NCBI GenBank assembly: GCA_030704615.1
Contig: CM060731.1
Location: 40,300,001-40,364,000, forward strand
DNA length: 64,000 nt
Source: Takakia lepidozioides
Lineage: Eukaryota > Plantae > Bryophyta
Direction of reading: 5' to 3'
The translations under genes were made by a program, and so were the position numbers. The notes under the pieces were generated by a model. The model searched no databases, had not been told where the DNA came from, and was given only the letters and a program-made list of their open reading frames with translations. Below, piece by piece: positions 26,300-40,087 of this stretch (position 1 is the first letter of the stretch; the number at the start of each line of letters is the position of its first letter).

Positions 26300-26642
26300 T
26301 TCATAACGCCAGTATCAATGACATACATGATAACTTCAATATTCCCACTCTTCCCATCCACAAATGTTTCAAAGCAATTCACCTCACGGCACTCCGTTCA
26401 CTCACAGCTATTATCACCAACAAATGCCAATTGGAATCCGGCACTTCAAATGCACCATAGGTCCCCCAGGGTACCCCCTGGGTACCTAGGGATACACAGA
26501 CTCCCCTACTTTCTACTGTTAATTGGTGTCCCATAGGACACCTTTCCTTTTATAGGGCCCACCCCCGAAAGGGGGCAGTAGCCGCAAGGCGAAGTGGCTC
26601 TTAGTTACGCCGGCTTCGGCCGGAGTCTTCTCTCTCTCTCTC
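26300..26642 (+). mobile_element. 5'-truncated LINE 3' end (possibly Dualen/RandI-like) with structured 3' UTR and (CT)n tail
   Basis: Frame ends ...HKCFKAIHLTALRSLTAIITNKCQLESGTSNAP* at ~26460, followed by several hairpins and TCTCTCTCTC. Confidence 0.5.
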
Positions 26643-28054
26643 CTGTACACCGGCTGAAGGACTTTAGGTAAGGCACCATATTCCTGGAATCCCTGCAGTC
26701 CATATAATGAACTAGGGCCTGTTTGTGTCTACAAGGAGCGAATGAGACGGTGAGATGGTTGGGCAGTTGTTGGATGTATCTTCTTTCCATTTTGAACTTC
26801 AGGTGGATTGGGCTGAGGAAGCATGTGGCTGACAACATTACCAGTACTGCAATTTCATTTCCATTTTTAGCTCCACAATTTCAGGCAATGTCTACCGTTT
26901 TGCAGGTTCTCACATCTTACTTGCACATGCACGAGCGTACTGACAATACACTTCCGTATGAACAACCCATGTACAACTGCTACGCATTGAAAATGTGCAA
27001 CAGGTGGAGTTCCGAGTGAAGAATGTTTGCAATTTGAGGTGCATGCATGCATGGTAGGTATTTCGAATTAGGAGACGTTGTTGAAATGTTTGGGGTCGAA
27101 GTTTTTTATTCATTCCTAAGGCAACCATTTGCAATTGAAGATGGCATTCCGAATTTACACATTCACATTGTAGTTGAATACCTATTTTGATTCGCTGGCC
27201 ATGTACAACTCTTTCATTTGGAGTTGGTAATGTTGCCTTAGCAAAGGACCTGCATTTGAGGTTGAAAGAAATATTTTTCATGGCTCTCTGGCGTCCAATA
27301 TATAAGGTCGGAAAGAACTATCATCCATATTTGTGTTCCACATGAAAGGGAGCATGCACAACCTGCAACAATACAATGCCCATGGAATGTTATTATTTAT
27401 ATGATTACAAGGCAAAGGACAAAGCTGCCACTGAGGCTACAAAGAACGACGTGGACAAAAGTTCATTCGGACCCCAAAGAGTCAAAGAAATGAAGACTAC
27501 GCTTGCTGTTCATCAGAAAATGCAACAATACTGCCCCCACTGCAGTACGTTCAGAAAGCAACAAATATAATGCCTCTCCAACCACATATGTGAACAAAAC
27601 AGCCCACCCAGAATGAATATACTGACATACTAGTGTGGCAATGCCAATTCAAAAGGAAGCATCCCTCACAAGCACCCGCCACTATTTAATCCCGCCCTAC
27701 TCTCATGTGGGTGGAGGCTGCCGATGAGAAACATTGCCTCCACTTCATGCATGTTATGTGCATGTCATGTGGACCAATGTGCACCTCACCTGATGATGGA
27801 ATCAGTATTCAAATCGCATCCCTTTAGTCCTGAAGATGCATGTGGCCATCCGAAACCGTGCAACACATGATTTCCCCCTTCAAAATGTCATGTTCTCCAG
27901 CCTCACTAAACACATACTCTCCACACACCACATTGCCATTCAGCACTCCCAAACTCCTTCAGTTTCCTCAGACCCCCATTGCCTCCTCCGCACTCTCCCT
28001 CATCCATTTGCCTCGCCTTGTAGCCTCTTTCACTTCCGCCTCTCTCACTTAGCA

Positions 28055-28287
28055 ATGTCAGACGCTCAAGAAGGAGTAGGCAGCTCCTGGCTGCAAGAGG
28101 AAGCTTTAGTTGATGTCGACACTCACAAGGAGTTGGTAGGAGATATTATTGGCATCGTGGGGACTCGCATCTCCGGATTGGAAACCTTGGTGGATTGGTC
28201 AAAACCCACAGCAGGAGACATCATTCTTACAGCGCATGTATCCGCAAGTAGAGTGGGCTGGTCTGGCTTTTACGACGACACCAACAG
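28055..28287 (+). pseudogene. 5' half of an unknown ORF interrupted by the chromovirus; continues at 35208-35634
   Basis: ...FYDDTNS joins ATAKQPN... in frame once the element and one AACAG are removed. Confidence 0.5.
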
Positions 28288-28992
28288 TGTCGCGGCCCTT
28301 TGCCTTGAGGGCAGGGGGTCGGGACACATGAGGGGCTGCCCCTGTGGTGGGGGCAGGCAGCGATAGGTATGGGGGCTGAAGCACCCTTGAGTGCCCAAGG
28401 CACTCAAGGAGGCGGAGGCGCTCACTAGGTGGAGCCCCGCACACCGGGTTGCGGGGGGTGGCTCCACAAGGGTGGTGGTAGCTTAGCGGGACTTAGTGGG
28501 GGTGGCATAGGACTCACCATGGGGCGGAGACCTCGTGGTGGGAGTCGTGGGGAGTCTTGGGACTCATCACGGTCCATAGGGGCCGTGGTGAGTGGGCCAA
28601 GACTCACCGCGACTCATCACCGGGAGTCGAGGGTTTTCGTGGTGGTTCGCCATAAAATGGCATGGCTGGTTGTGAAACCCCCGCGGACAGCTACAGAAGT
28701 ATATATAGGGAGTAGTAACCCCGAGAACGGTGCAAGCCCGTTGGTGACCAAAAACTAGTGAGTAAGCGAGCGAGCCGGAAAGCGACCAAAGAGTGGGGAG
28801 CTGTTCCGGACTGCCATCTACCAAAGGGAACTAGTCCCAAATGGAGGGTTTGGAAGCAAAGGGGGACCGTTATGTCCCGGTGAGCAGCCGAAGCTCCAAG
28901 TTGGCCCGGCGGCCAGGTTGGGAGTCAGGCGCGCGCATCAAAGCGAGTAACTATGACTTGAAGGGGAGCTTACCGAAGTGAGGTGCGCGACA
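28288..28992 (+). repeat. 5' LTR of the chromovirus
   Basis: TG...CA; near-identical to 34474-35202. Confidence 0.96.
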
Positions 28993-28994
28993 CT

Positions 28995-29006
28995 TGGTAT
29001 CAGAGC
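28995..29006 (+). promoter_or_regulatory. PBS complementary to initiator tRNA-Met
   Basis: TGGTATCAGAGC, 2 nt after the LTR. Confidence 0.95.
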
Positions 29007-29047
29007 TTAGAGTTCAGTACGCGATCGTCCTTGGGATTGGCCTCATC

Positions 29048-32000
29048 ATGGGGTCGGGCAAGCCAAAGCGAAAGCGGAACGGCCCAAAAGATGATGATCC
29101 TGGTGAGCCCGATGGGGGCGACGTGTCACCGAGGCGGCCGTTTGAGGAAGCGATGCATGTTTCCGAAAACGAGGTCAAGAGCGAGGAATCCGAGGAGTCG
29201 GAGCCCGAGGAATCCTTGAGAGCTCCGACAAACCAAGAGATGCCCCATGCCGGCAGCCTTTTGGGAAGGGTTGTTGGCGCAGTTTGGCGGACGTTGAAAG
29301 ACGTGTTGAAGGCGGCTAATGCCACTTCCACTAAGGCAAAGTTTAAGGTGAAGCCTAAGGAACCCGGCACCTTCGAGGGCGTCCGAAATCGGAAGGCACT
29401 CAACACCTGGCTCTTGGAGCTAGAGCAGTACTTCCGGGCGGCCAAGTTGAGTGACGAGGATCGGGTGGAAGTGGCTCCCACCTATTTGAGGGGCTATGCT
29501 CAACAATGGTGGCAGAAACGCCTTCACGACCGAGGTCCAAGCCCGGAAACCTTGAACTGGAGTGGGTTCAAGGAATTGATGAAGAGACAGTTTGTGCCCC
29601 TCAACGCGTCCTGGCTTGCCCGGGACAAGATGAGGAATTTGAAGCAAACAGATGACATTCGGGGTATGTCCAGGCTTTCAATGTGCTGTTGCTCGAAGTC
29701 GCGGACATGGCAGAACCAGAAATGGTCTTCAACTTTGTGGCGGGACTGGCCCCATGGGCCAGGCGGAAGTTGGAGGAGAAGCCACCCAAGACTTTGAACG
29801 AGGCAATTGAGAGGGCTGAATGTTTCTCGGATGTCCCTAGGGTGAAAGACAAGGCCGTACGGAGCTGAACCACAAGAAGACCCGGCGGGAAGGTGACTCC
29901 TTCCGACCGGAAAAGAAGTGGGATAGGCCACGCGGCAATGGCACGTGGAAATCGAAGGGAGGGCCTTCACACGTCAAGGCGGCACCCGGTGCTCGAAAGG
30001 AAAAGCGGGTGGAGGCTTATGGCGGACAGAAGGCGACCTTTGATGGAGTGTGTTTCAATTGCGGGGAGCCCGGGCACATGGCCAAGAAGTGCACGAAGCC
30101 CCGCAATTGAACATGACTCGGGCGACCACGGAGCTGTCGGAAGATACCATCAGTCGCTTGGTGGAAGCGGTGGTCGCCAGGACTTGCAAGGTAGGCAAAT
30201 TATTCTTGTGAGTTGTATCAGAAACTGGCGCCTTGCGAAAAAGGGAGTCAGTTATTGTTCGTGGATGGGATAATATCCGGAACTAATGTGTCGTTGTTGG
30301 TGGACACAGGAGCGTCGCACGCACTCCTTCATGACACCGGCAACGGCACAAAAGCTTGGGACTCCCGACAAGTTACGTGGGGGCCTCTATTGAGGTGCGT
30401 TCTGCCGAAGGAGAACCACAGTTGGCGACAGGTTTTCGTGGATGTTCCTCTTCAACTGGGAGTTGGGAGGGACGTGAAAACTTCACCATTTGCGAGATCG
30501 ATGGAGTGGATCTCATTTTGGGGATGACCTTTTTGAGCAAATCCGGAGCGGTCATAGATGGCCGCAAGAGAGTAGTCACGCTGCCATGTGGGAATGGTGG
30601 CGAGGTTTTAACGAGTGTCGGAAACCCCAAATCCGTGGGAGGGCGAATAAACCTTCTGTCAGCAAAGGGTGGGCCGTGGAGGAGGCACACGAGCCCCAGT
30701 TTTGCTTTACATTAAGAAGTGAAGGAGAAGGCGATGGGAGCCGAGCCCAGATTGGATCAAGGGGATTTTGGAGAAATACCAGGATGTGATGCCGGAGGAT
30801 TTACCAAGCGGCTTGCCACCGCGAAGAGGAGTTGACCACAAGATTGAGGTGATACCGGGATCGGAACCGCCGCCTGCCAAGGCGCCCTACCGGTTGAGCC
30901 ACAGAGAGTTGGTCGAGCTGAAGACTCAGCTCAAGGATCTAATGTCAAAGGGGTACATCCGGCCGAGTAAGTCACCTTACGGAGCCCCGGTGCTATTGCA
31001 GACAAGAAGGATGGGACGCTGCGGATGTGTGTCGATTACAGGGCTCTGAATAAGGTGACTATCAAAAAACCGGTACCCTTTGCCAAGGATCGACGACCTC
31101 TTCGATCGGTTGGCAGGAGCGAAGTATTTCAGCCGAATCGACTTGCGCTCGCGGCTATCACCAAATTCGGTGGCGGAAGGAGATGAGGAGAAGACCGCGT
31201 GCAGGACAAGGTATGGTTCATATGAGTTCTTGGTGATGCCTTTTGGGCTCACCAATGCACCAGCGACCTTTAGCACGCTGATGAACAGCCTTTTCCAGGA
31301 GTGGTTGGATGACTTTGTGATCGTGTACATCGACGACATCTTGGTGTGTACTCGAAAACAAAGGGGAGCACCTGGAGCACCTCAAAAGGGTGTTCCAAAA
31401 TTGCGGGAAGGGAAGCTGTATGCCAAAGCTTCAAAGTGCGAATTCGGGGTCACGAAAGTGGAGTTCTTGGGGCATGTGATTACACAGGATGGGATCAAAA
31501 TGGATGACAGAAAGGTGAGGGCGATCTTGGACTGGGAGCCTCCGACTTCGGTCTCGGGAGTGCGATCCTTCCTAGGACTCGCCTCCTATTACCGAAGTAT
31601 GTGAGAAATTTGCCAAGATCGCGGGGCCGCTGTCGGACCTTCTGTGTAAATCCAAAGTCTGGGTATGGAACACATTTTGTGGCCAAGCTTTTGCTGAATT
31701 GAAGCAGCGGATGACGGAAGCTCCAGTCTTGAAAATCCCGGAGTTCGATCGTCCGTTTGAGATTCATACAGATGCATCGGACTTCGCGATTGGGGGTGTA
31801 CTTATGCAAGATGGACGTCCAGTGGCTTACGAAAGTAAGAAACTGAATGAAGTGGAGCGGTGGTCGACGCACGAAAAAGAGATGAAGGCGTGGTGCATTG
31901 CCTTGAGCTCTAGCCCACTATGTTGGTTCCAACCCGTGAAGGTGTTCACGGACAATGTCACGGTGAAGTATTTTGCCACGCAGCCCAAGTTGTCCCCAAA

Positions 32001-33571
32001 ACAACTTAGGTGGCAAGATACTTTGGCGGTGTTCGATGTGGATATCCAGTACAAACCGGGACGGGACAATGTGGTGGCCGATGCTTTAAGTAGAAAGCAG
32101 CAGCTCTTGTTGGTGTACAAGGGCGAGACGGCGCTCCAAAAGGAAGATCCGAAGGCTTGCCGGAAGGATGAGCTGGCAAAGTCCGTGCAGGACTTGAGAA
32201 TGGGGGTTAAATCGCAGTTCCACTTGCAAAATGGGTTGCTCCGGTATAAGCAAAAGCGTCTCTACGTGCCGAAGGGAGGGATCAGAGATAGCCTCTTGAG
32301 AGAATGCCATGATAGCCCGCTTGCGGGCCACGGCGGAGCCAAGCGCACTGCGGCCTCTTGAAGAAAGAGTATTTCTCGCCCAAACTGAGGAGGAGGCAGA
32401 GAAGTATGTCAAGACATGCACCACATGCCAACAAAACCGGAGCGAGTACAAAAGCAAGCGGGCTGTTACAACCCTTGCCGATTCCAGGGGACTTGGGAAA
32501 GCGTCTCGATGGATTTCATGACTACTATGCCGTTGTCAAAAGGATTCGATGCAATCATGGTGGTGGGATAGGTTCAGTAAAATGGGCCATTTCATCCCCA
32601 CCAAGGAGACAGCAACGGCGTAGGAGACAGGGCGACTTTACTTCCCCCCACGTCTTAAACATCATGGAGTCCCGAAGGATATTGTCTCGGATCGCGATCC
32701 AAAGTTTACGAGTAAATTTTGGAAGACACTTTGAAGAAGATGGGACGAGGCTGAAGATGAGCACCGCCTTCCGACCTACGACGGACGGCCAAACGGAAAG
32801 AGTGAATTCTGTAGTGAAGCAATTCTTGCGGAATTACGTGTCGGCAGACCAATCAGACTGGATGGAACACTTAGACGCGGCAGAGTTCTGTTATAATAAC
32901 ACAGAACACTCCGCAACGGGTTTTCCCCTTTCGTATTGGTCTATGGAAAAGCACCTCTGGTGCCGACAAGTTGGGCCGCCCAGGACGTTGAGGAACCGGC
33001 AGTAGTGGCGGTACTGGAAGAACGCGAGCGTTTGTTGAAGCTCGCAAAGTACAATATTGCCAAAGCTAGGAAACGGTATGAAAGGCAGGCGAATGGGAAG
33101 CGGAGGGAAGTGAAGTTTGAGGCAGGCACAGAGGTCTGGTTGAACATCAAGAATTTCCGACTACCACCCCGGAAGTGAGTCCGAAGTTCGTACCTCCGTA
33201 TGCGGACCCTTTCGCATTCGGAAGGTTATGAATGAGGATGTGTATGAATTGGAGCTACCGGCAAACAGCAAGGTGCACCCAGTATTCAATGTCTCCCTTT
33301 TGAAGCCTTACTTCAAAGATTAAGCGCGTCCAAATCGGCATCAAGTGTTGCGTCCGCCACCTATGCTTTGGATCATGAAAATGAACCTGAGTACGAGGTG
33401 GAGGCAATACTTAAGTCGAGGAAGTTCAGGAACCGAGAAACGGAGTATCTCGTCAAATGGAAGGGCTATCATCATGTGGAGGCATCTTGGGTGCGTGCCT
33501 CAGAAATGGGAAACGCATCCGAGGCGGTTACAGCTTTCGAAGGGCGACCTCAAAAGCGGAAGAAGCGTTGA
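29048..33571 (+). pseudogene. gag-pol of the chromovirus with C-terminal chromodomain; frameshifted
   Basis: LVDTGA, YIDD, TDASDFAIGGVL, HDSPLAGHGG, TDGQTERVN, EYEVEAILKSR...EYLVKWKGY...SW. Confidence 0.93.
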
Positions 33572-34473
33572 TGGGGACATCAACCTTGGAGCGTGGGGGA
33601 GGAAATGCATGCTTAGCCCGGTTTAGCTAGCTCAGGAATCCGATTGCAAAAACTTGTATTGTACAAAAATTTGTTATAAAGGAAATGGGTTCCAAATATT
33701 GTGCGTCCTATTGTGTTTGGAATGGTGATGCATGGTGTGGTTGGCTAGTGTGTAGAATGCATGCTAGCTTACAAAAGTGGGAAGGTAAATTGGGTTAATC
33801 GTGTGTTTGCGCAGTGCCGAAATCGGGTGACTCCCATCCAAGGGGCAAGGAAACTTGCGACTTTCTTTGGGAGTTCACGTGCTAGTGCGCACCTGGCGCG
33901 TGCGCGTACTATAACTGCGCTACCGAGGGGGTTGCCTTGTAGTGCAGGCTAACGCGGAAGCTACATGCTTCCGTTCACGTACTATAATCGTGAAGCCTCA
34001 GGACGAAGTCGTAGTGCGGCTTCGGCGTGTTCCCGTACCAGGCCAGCATTCCAGGCAGACCCAATTGTAGTGATTGGGGCGCACGGTTGGTTCAAGGTTA
34101 TCTTCCTAGTCAAAGAGGGTTCCAGGTGAACCCTTGCTCAAGGTGATGCCAAAAGCGGCATCATGAGCGAACGCAAGCAATGTTGTTGCAGTAAGGCGAT
34201 TCGATCCTCGGGGAGGATTGTTCTTTGGCCTTGAAATAGGCCAAGAAGAGTGCACTGGGAGGAGCTGGGGAAGCTCCACCCTTGGCCGGGACTTGGAGGA
34301 AGTCGGCTGAACTAGCTAGTGGAGAGTAGAGTCAAGTGTGGGGTTTGGTTCTTTGCCATGGGACGCCATGGTGCGGAAACAAACTCCTTGATGTGGGACG
34401 CCACAACTTGGATGTTCGTTTCTACAAATGGACAAGTCGATGAGGACATCGACTCCCTGTTGGTAGGGGTGTG

Positions 34474-35202
34474 TGTCGCGGCCCTTTGCCTTGAGGGCAG
34501 GGGTCGGGACACATGAGGGGCTGCCCCTGTGGTGGGGGCAGTGGCAGCGATGGGTATGGGGGGCTGAAGCACCCTTGAGTGCCCAAGGCACTCAAGGAGG
34601 CAGAGGCGCTCACTAGGTGGAGCCCCACACACCGGGTTGCGGTGGGGGTGGCTCCACAAGGGGTGGTGGTAGCTTAGCGGGACTTAGTGGGGGTGGCATA
34701 GGACTCACCATAGGGGGGAGACCTCGTGGTGGGAGTCATGGGGAGTCTTGGGACTCATCACGGTCCATAAGGGCCGTGGTGAGCGGGCCAAGACTCACCG
34801 CGACTCATCACCGGGAGTCGAGGGTTTTCGTGGTGGTTCGCCATAAAATGGCATGGCTGGTTTTGGAACCCCCGCGGACAGCTACAGAAGTATATATAAG
34901 GGGAGTAGTGACCCCGAGAACGGTGCAAGCCCGTTGGTGACCAAAAACTAGTGAGTAAGCGAGCGAGCCGGAAAGCGACCAAAGAGTGGGGAGCTGTTCC
35001 GGACTGCCATCTACCAAAGGGAATTCTCCTAGTCCCAATTAGGTAGAGGGTTTAGAAGGAAGCGAAGGGGGGACCGTTTATTCCTGGTGAGCAGCCGAAG
35101 CTCCCAAGTTGGCCCGGGCGGCCAGGTTTGGGAGTCAGGCGCGCGCATCAAAGCGAGTAACTATGACTTGAAGGGGAGCTTACCGAAGTGAGGTGCGCGA
35201 CA
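34474..35202 (+). repeat. 3' LTR of the chromovirus, preceded by the PPT-like GGTAGGGGTGTG
   Basis: TG...CA; copy of the 5' LTR. Confidence 0.96.
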
Positions 35203-35899
35203 AACAGTGCAACTGCAAAACAGCCTAACACCGTTGTTCTCATGTCAAGATTCCTGTGCGCTCCTAATGAAGAGTGGGGGCCACATGCTTTGGGCCCGGA
35301 CCCTGCAAAGGAGAACGAGTGTTTTCATATTCTGCGGCTGCTTCAGAGGGGCTCCAGACGTGAAAGACCTTGGACCAGGGCTGGTTACATTTGCCTAACG
35401 ATTGAAGATGGAATAATGCATGTCATGTTTGCTTCCTTCATGCATGGCGGAAGAACTCATCCTCGTGTTTCTTGTGTTCTTGCCGCATTGGGGGAGCAAT
35501 CACTTTCATATCACTCAGTCTTCTTCTTTCGCTGGGATGTGTGTGTGTGTGTTTGGAAAGAGAGAATGATTAGGCAGGAGGTTCAGGTGGCTAATTGGAA
35601 TTTCAAAGAGGTTGACTGGTCAGTAGCATGCTGAACCTCTTTTCACTCTGCTTTCCTAGATTGCTTCATTTCTAGGTTTCAACAATGCACATGCCAAAAA
35701 CATATTGTGACATCAATCTTTCCATATATTGATGTCAAAGGTGTATTCCTGGTATTCTGTTGTCATTTTGCCTCCACATTGTTTTCCCAACCTGCTTCCC
35801 ATTACTTGCACATGCAAACCATCCTGAAAGATGCACCTAGGTTTTTTGACTCCTACTTTTTGTAGTCTTATGCAATTCATGTGTAACAACATGTCAGAT

Positions 35900-37708
35900 C
35901 TACAAAATGTCTGTGGTGGTTTTGGATGACTTTGACAAGTAACTGCCGATGTGGCAGTAGGAAAGTATCCAAAAACAGATAACAGAGATGAGGATCTACC
36001 AAGCATGGTGTGGTACGAATGCTTTGGAGACCTATGAGCACATGATGCATGAAGGGGTGAAGCCCAACCACATCACGTTCATTTGTGTTTGCAATGCGTG
36101 TGCAAGCCTGGTAGCCCTGGGAAGGTGCAAAGAGGTCCATGGTGACATCGTCAAATCTGGAATTGTACCCGATGTCATTCTGAACACTGCCCTGGTGGAC
36201 ATGTATGTCAAATGTGGGTGTATCTGTGGTGGTTTGGAATGACTTTGACAAGTAACTGCCGATGTGGCAGCAGGAAAATATCCAAAAACAGATAACAAAT
36301 ATGAGGATCTACCAAGCATGGGTGTGGTACGAATGCTTTGGAGACCTATGAGCAAATGATGCATGAAGGGGTGAAGCCCAACCACATCACGTTCATTTGT
36401 GTTTGCAATGCGTGTGCAAGCCTGGGAGCCCTGGAAAAGGGGAAAGAGGTCCGTGATGACATCGTCAAAGTTGGAATTGTACAGATGTGATTATGAACAA
36501 TACCCTCGTGGACATGTATGCCAAATGTGGGAGCATTGAGGATGCGAAGGCAATGTTCAACATTATGGCTGAACGAGATGTGGTGTCGTGGAGCGCGATG
36601 CTTGCAGGGTATGCACAGCAGGGACGTGGGGTGGAGGCTTTGGAGACCTATGAGCAAATGATGGGGGAAGGGGTGAAGCCCAACCACATCACGTTTGTGT
36701 GCGTTTGCAATGCATGTGCAAGCCTAACAGCTCTGGAAAAGGGCAAAGAGGCCCATGGCGACATTGTTAGAGTTGGAATTATATCCGATGTCATTCTGAA
36801 TGATGCCCTTGTGGGACATGTATGCCAAATGTGGGGGCATCAAGGATGCAAAGGCAATGCATGGCTGAATGAAATATGGTGTTGTGGAACGCAATGCTTG
36901 CAGGGTACATCACGTCTGTGCGTTTGCAAGCCTGGAAGCCCTGGAAAAGGGCAAAGAGGTGCATGGTTGCATCGCAAAACCAGGAATAATACTGTCAACA
37001 ATACCCTCGTGGACATGTATGCAAAATGTAGGTGCATCGAAGATGCGGAGGGAGTGGTTGACAGTATCCATGATCGCAGGGTGTGCTCAACATGGATGTG
37101 GCAAGGAGGCTTTCGAGATATACGAGAGATTGCAGCAAGACAGGATGGAGGCTTTGGAGACCTATGAACAAATGATGGGGGAAGTGGTGAAACCCGACCA
37201 CATCACGTTTGTGTGCGTTTGCAGTGCGTATGCAAGCCTGGCAGCCCTGGAAAAGGGCATGGTTGCATCGCCAAAGCTGGAATTGTACCAGATGTGGTTC
37301 AGAACAATACCCTCGTGGCCAGATGTGGAATGCGATGATCGCAGGATATGCCCAGCATGTTGTCATAGGGAGGTCCTTCAACTATTTGAAGGAATGCATT
37401 AAAAGAATGGCTTGAAGCTAGATAGCCTTTATATGTCTCTGCATGCAGCCACACTGGCCTACTAAATGAAGGAAGACAAGTTCTCTTTGCCACCACAGTG
37501 AGAAGCTGGCCATTGGTTTTGGGCTGATCAGCACAATCCTTAGGACGCCTCTTTGTCTCATCAAGAATCTTCGAGTATGTGGTGACTGCCACACTTCCAC
37601 CAATTCATCTCAAAGATTGTTTGGTCGAGCAATTGTTGTATGGGACGCTAAACCGCTTTCTACTACCACATTGAAGATGGGATTTGTTCTTGTGGTGATT
37701 ACTGGTGA
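35900..37708 (+). pseudogene. PLS-class PPR-DYW (C-to-U RNA editing factor) pseudogene with internal duplications
   Basis: PPR motifs plus HSEKLAIGFGL, KNLRVCGDCH and CSCGDYW* (TGA at 37706-37708). ~35910-36220 is tandemly duplicated. Confidence 0.9.
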
Positions 37709-38214
37709 AAGGATGTTTTCCTGCCAACATGCAAGTGTCTTGCTTCATTCATTGATCTGTGTAGCTACTCAGCTCCACCCTTTCCTCAGAGTCTTGACCA
37801 TCATGTACTGCCAGAGAGGGCTGGAGGATCAGATGAGGGTTTGACAGATTCAACAAAAAACATTAACAGAGGGTGGCTGAACACTGGGGATTCTAACTGC
37901 TCACAGTCCCGAATGTGCATGGATTAATAAAGGTGAAGTCCAAAACACCGGATGGGATGCCTTCCCTTCCTCACCCATACATTCTGTTCCTGTCAACAAT
38001 GGCTGGGATGCTATCCCTTGCAATTCTACAGTTAATGATGAACACAATCTGTCAGGTGGGTGGTCACCCTCCAACACTGCAATGGGCCCCAGTTGTGTTA
38101 CTTCTGGGACATAAGCAGACAAGAATTGTGGCTGGCCATCATGGAGGCTAATAATGAAGACAGAGCCATGCCATCACATTAAGCCCTCATTGGTATGGAC
38201 CGGCTAAGCAGATT

Positions 38215-38765
38215 TGGTGTCATGGAATGCCATGCTTGCAGGATATCCACAGCAGGGGCATGGGATGGAGGCCTGGGGGAAAGGGTGAAGCCCGACCAAC
38301 AGAATGTAACCCAATGTCATTTTGACATTGCCCTGGTGGACATGTATGTGAAATGTGGGTGCATTGAGGATGCAAAGGGAGTTTTGACAATATGGCTGAA
38401 TGAGATGTGATGTCGTGGAATGCGATGATCGCAGGATATGCCCAGCATGTTTTGATTCCGTGAGTCAAAATCATGGCCTCGCTCCTACAATGGAGCATTT
38501 TGGCTGCATGGTGGACCTTCTTGGCTGCGCAGGTAGGTCGAGTGGAGTGGGCAAGGACTTCATGAACAAATGCCAATCGAACCAGCTACTTCAGTGTGCA
38601 GATCCAGACCTGCTGGTGCTTGCAGAATTCATGGCAATGTGGAGGTGGCAGAAGTGCAGCAGCAAAATACCTTTCTAAATGGGATCCACATGATGCTGCT
38701 ATTTATGTGTTACTATCAAGGCTGGCAGGCGGGACGATACTCTGCCAAGATGAGAAAAATGTGGG
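38215..38765 (+). pseudogene. PPR S/E-domain fragments
   Basis: ALVDMYVKCG, EHFGCMVDLLG, ACRIHGNVEVAE, DAAIYVLLS. Confidence 0.8.
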
Positions 38766-39869
38766 AACAAAGTCACCACCCTGGCTTTGGTGGGGAAACT
38801 CTTTACATTGGCTCCCAAGATAGAAAAATTTGGGTGTGCTCTCTGTTCATTTCTATCGCAAATGAGAGAGATTATCATGGTAATGTTGAGAATGAGAAGA
38901 TGTAGTCATTTTCTGTTGCTATGAATGTTGGTATTAGCTATCATTGTGATTGTTGGGTACTATGTGCCCTTGGGTATGGTGGATTCAGCGTGGTTTCGAA
39001 TGAGAAAGAGCGTTTCCTGCATCTTTCTCGGGGCTGATGGAGAAAGATAAAAGAATGCGTTGTTGAGTGCATAGATTCATAAATAAATTGCTACGGACTA
39101 AGTTGTGACTTGTTTTGCGCGGGCCTGGGCCCTGACACAGACTAGACCTCTGATCAAGCCCTAATGTATTTTCTTAAGCATGTTCCATGATCACATGCCT
39201 AATACTAGACACCCTAAGATACCAGATGTAGGGCTGTTATCCCCCTACTCACAAACACTGGCAATTTCCGATTGAGTGTTGATCCAGTGTGATCTTGCAC
39301 TCAAAGGCCTTCATCAATTTACTGTGACAGGAAATAAATTGAGTGACAGGTGCGATAATGACAATACAGGGAGGGTTAAAGTTGATGCAATCGAAGAAGC
39401 CTATAATATCCAAGTATACCAGGACTTGCTGTTCACAGGTGGGGCCTTTTCGAGGGTGGCAGCGCTAAGGTTACTTAAGCTTTCAAACCTTTGACATTAA
39501 ATACCAAAAAAATCTGATTAAGGAAGGATAATTGTATAGCTGAATATTTTTGTTTCTTAAGCTTAAGTTATTGTGAGTTATGTTGTGTTCAATTGAGTTT
39601 CAGAAATGCTTGTAACAATGTATTGAGCTCTACAAAGATATTCGCATGTGTCTAATATGACTATGTGCAATACAAGTATGGCCATTAAAGAAGAAATTCA
39701 AAAATGCAAAACACTAGCGAGAGTGGTCGGGACCATCAGGGAGTACTCCTAAGTAATTCTTACAATGTCCGTTTGGTGGTACGCAAGTATTACAATAGAC
39801 TTGATGTCCTTTCAACGTCGTACAAGACGAGACGAAAATTGTCAGCAATTACAAGTTCTAAGGACTAAT

Positions 39870-39999
39870 GTGGGCCAAATAGGTTATCTTCTATCTGCCA
39901 TGTGTTGTCTGATGAGGAATACCCAGCCCATGACGTGATAGTATGTTCACATGCAGTGGCCCAAAGGCATCAATGACATTTGGGTTTTAACCTCCTAGT
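39870..39999 (-). mobile_element. Continuation of the Dualen-like LINE: second half of a chromodomain
   Basis: Reverse strand reads ...YYHV-WAGYSSSDNTWQIEDNL, completing AYIIEAI from 51909-51930. Confidence 0.75.
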
Positions 40000-40087
40000 T
40001 GGTTCGTGCGCATACATATCGCTACACAACTACATCGCTGTCCAAACCACACCACACATATATGCACAATAAAGTAGTCTGCCACAA

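Larger units (their letters stand above)
28288..35202 (+). mobile_element. Full-length Ty3/Gypsy chromovirus (Galadriel-like), TSD AACAG
   Basis: Two LTRs TGTCGC...GCGACA; AACAG at 28283-28287 and 35203-35207; tRNA-Met PBS; gag-PR-RT-RH-IN-chromodomain. Confidence 0.96.

Noticed and set aside
26555-26670. Hammerhead ribozyme
   Set aside because: No CUGANGA...GAAA core in the right arrangement.
38770-38840. Possible WD40 fragment (TLYIGSQDRKIWV)
   Set aside because: Too short to support a call.
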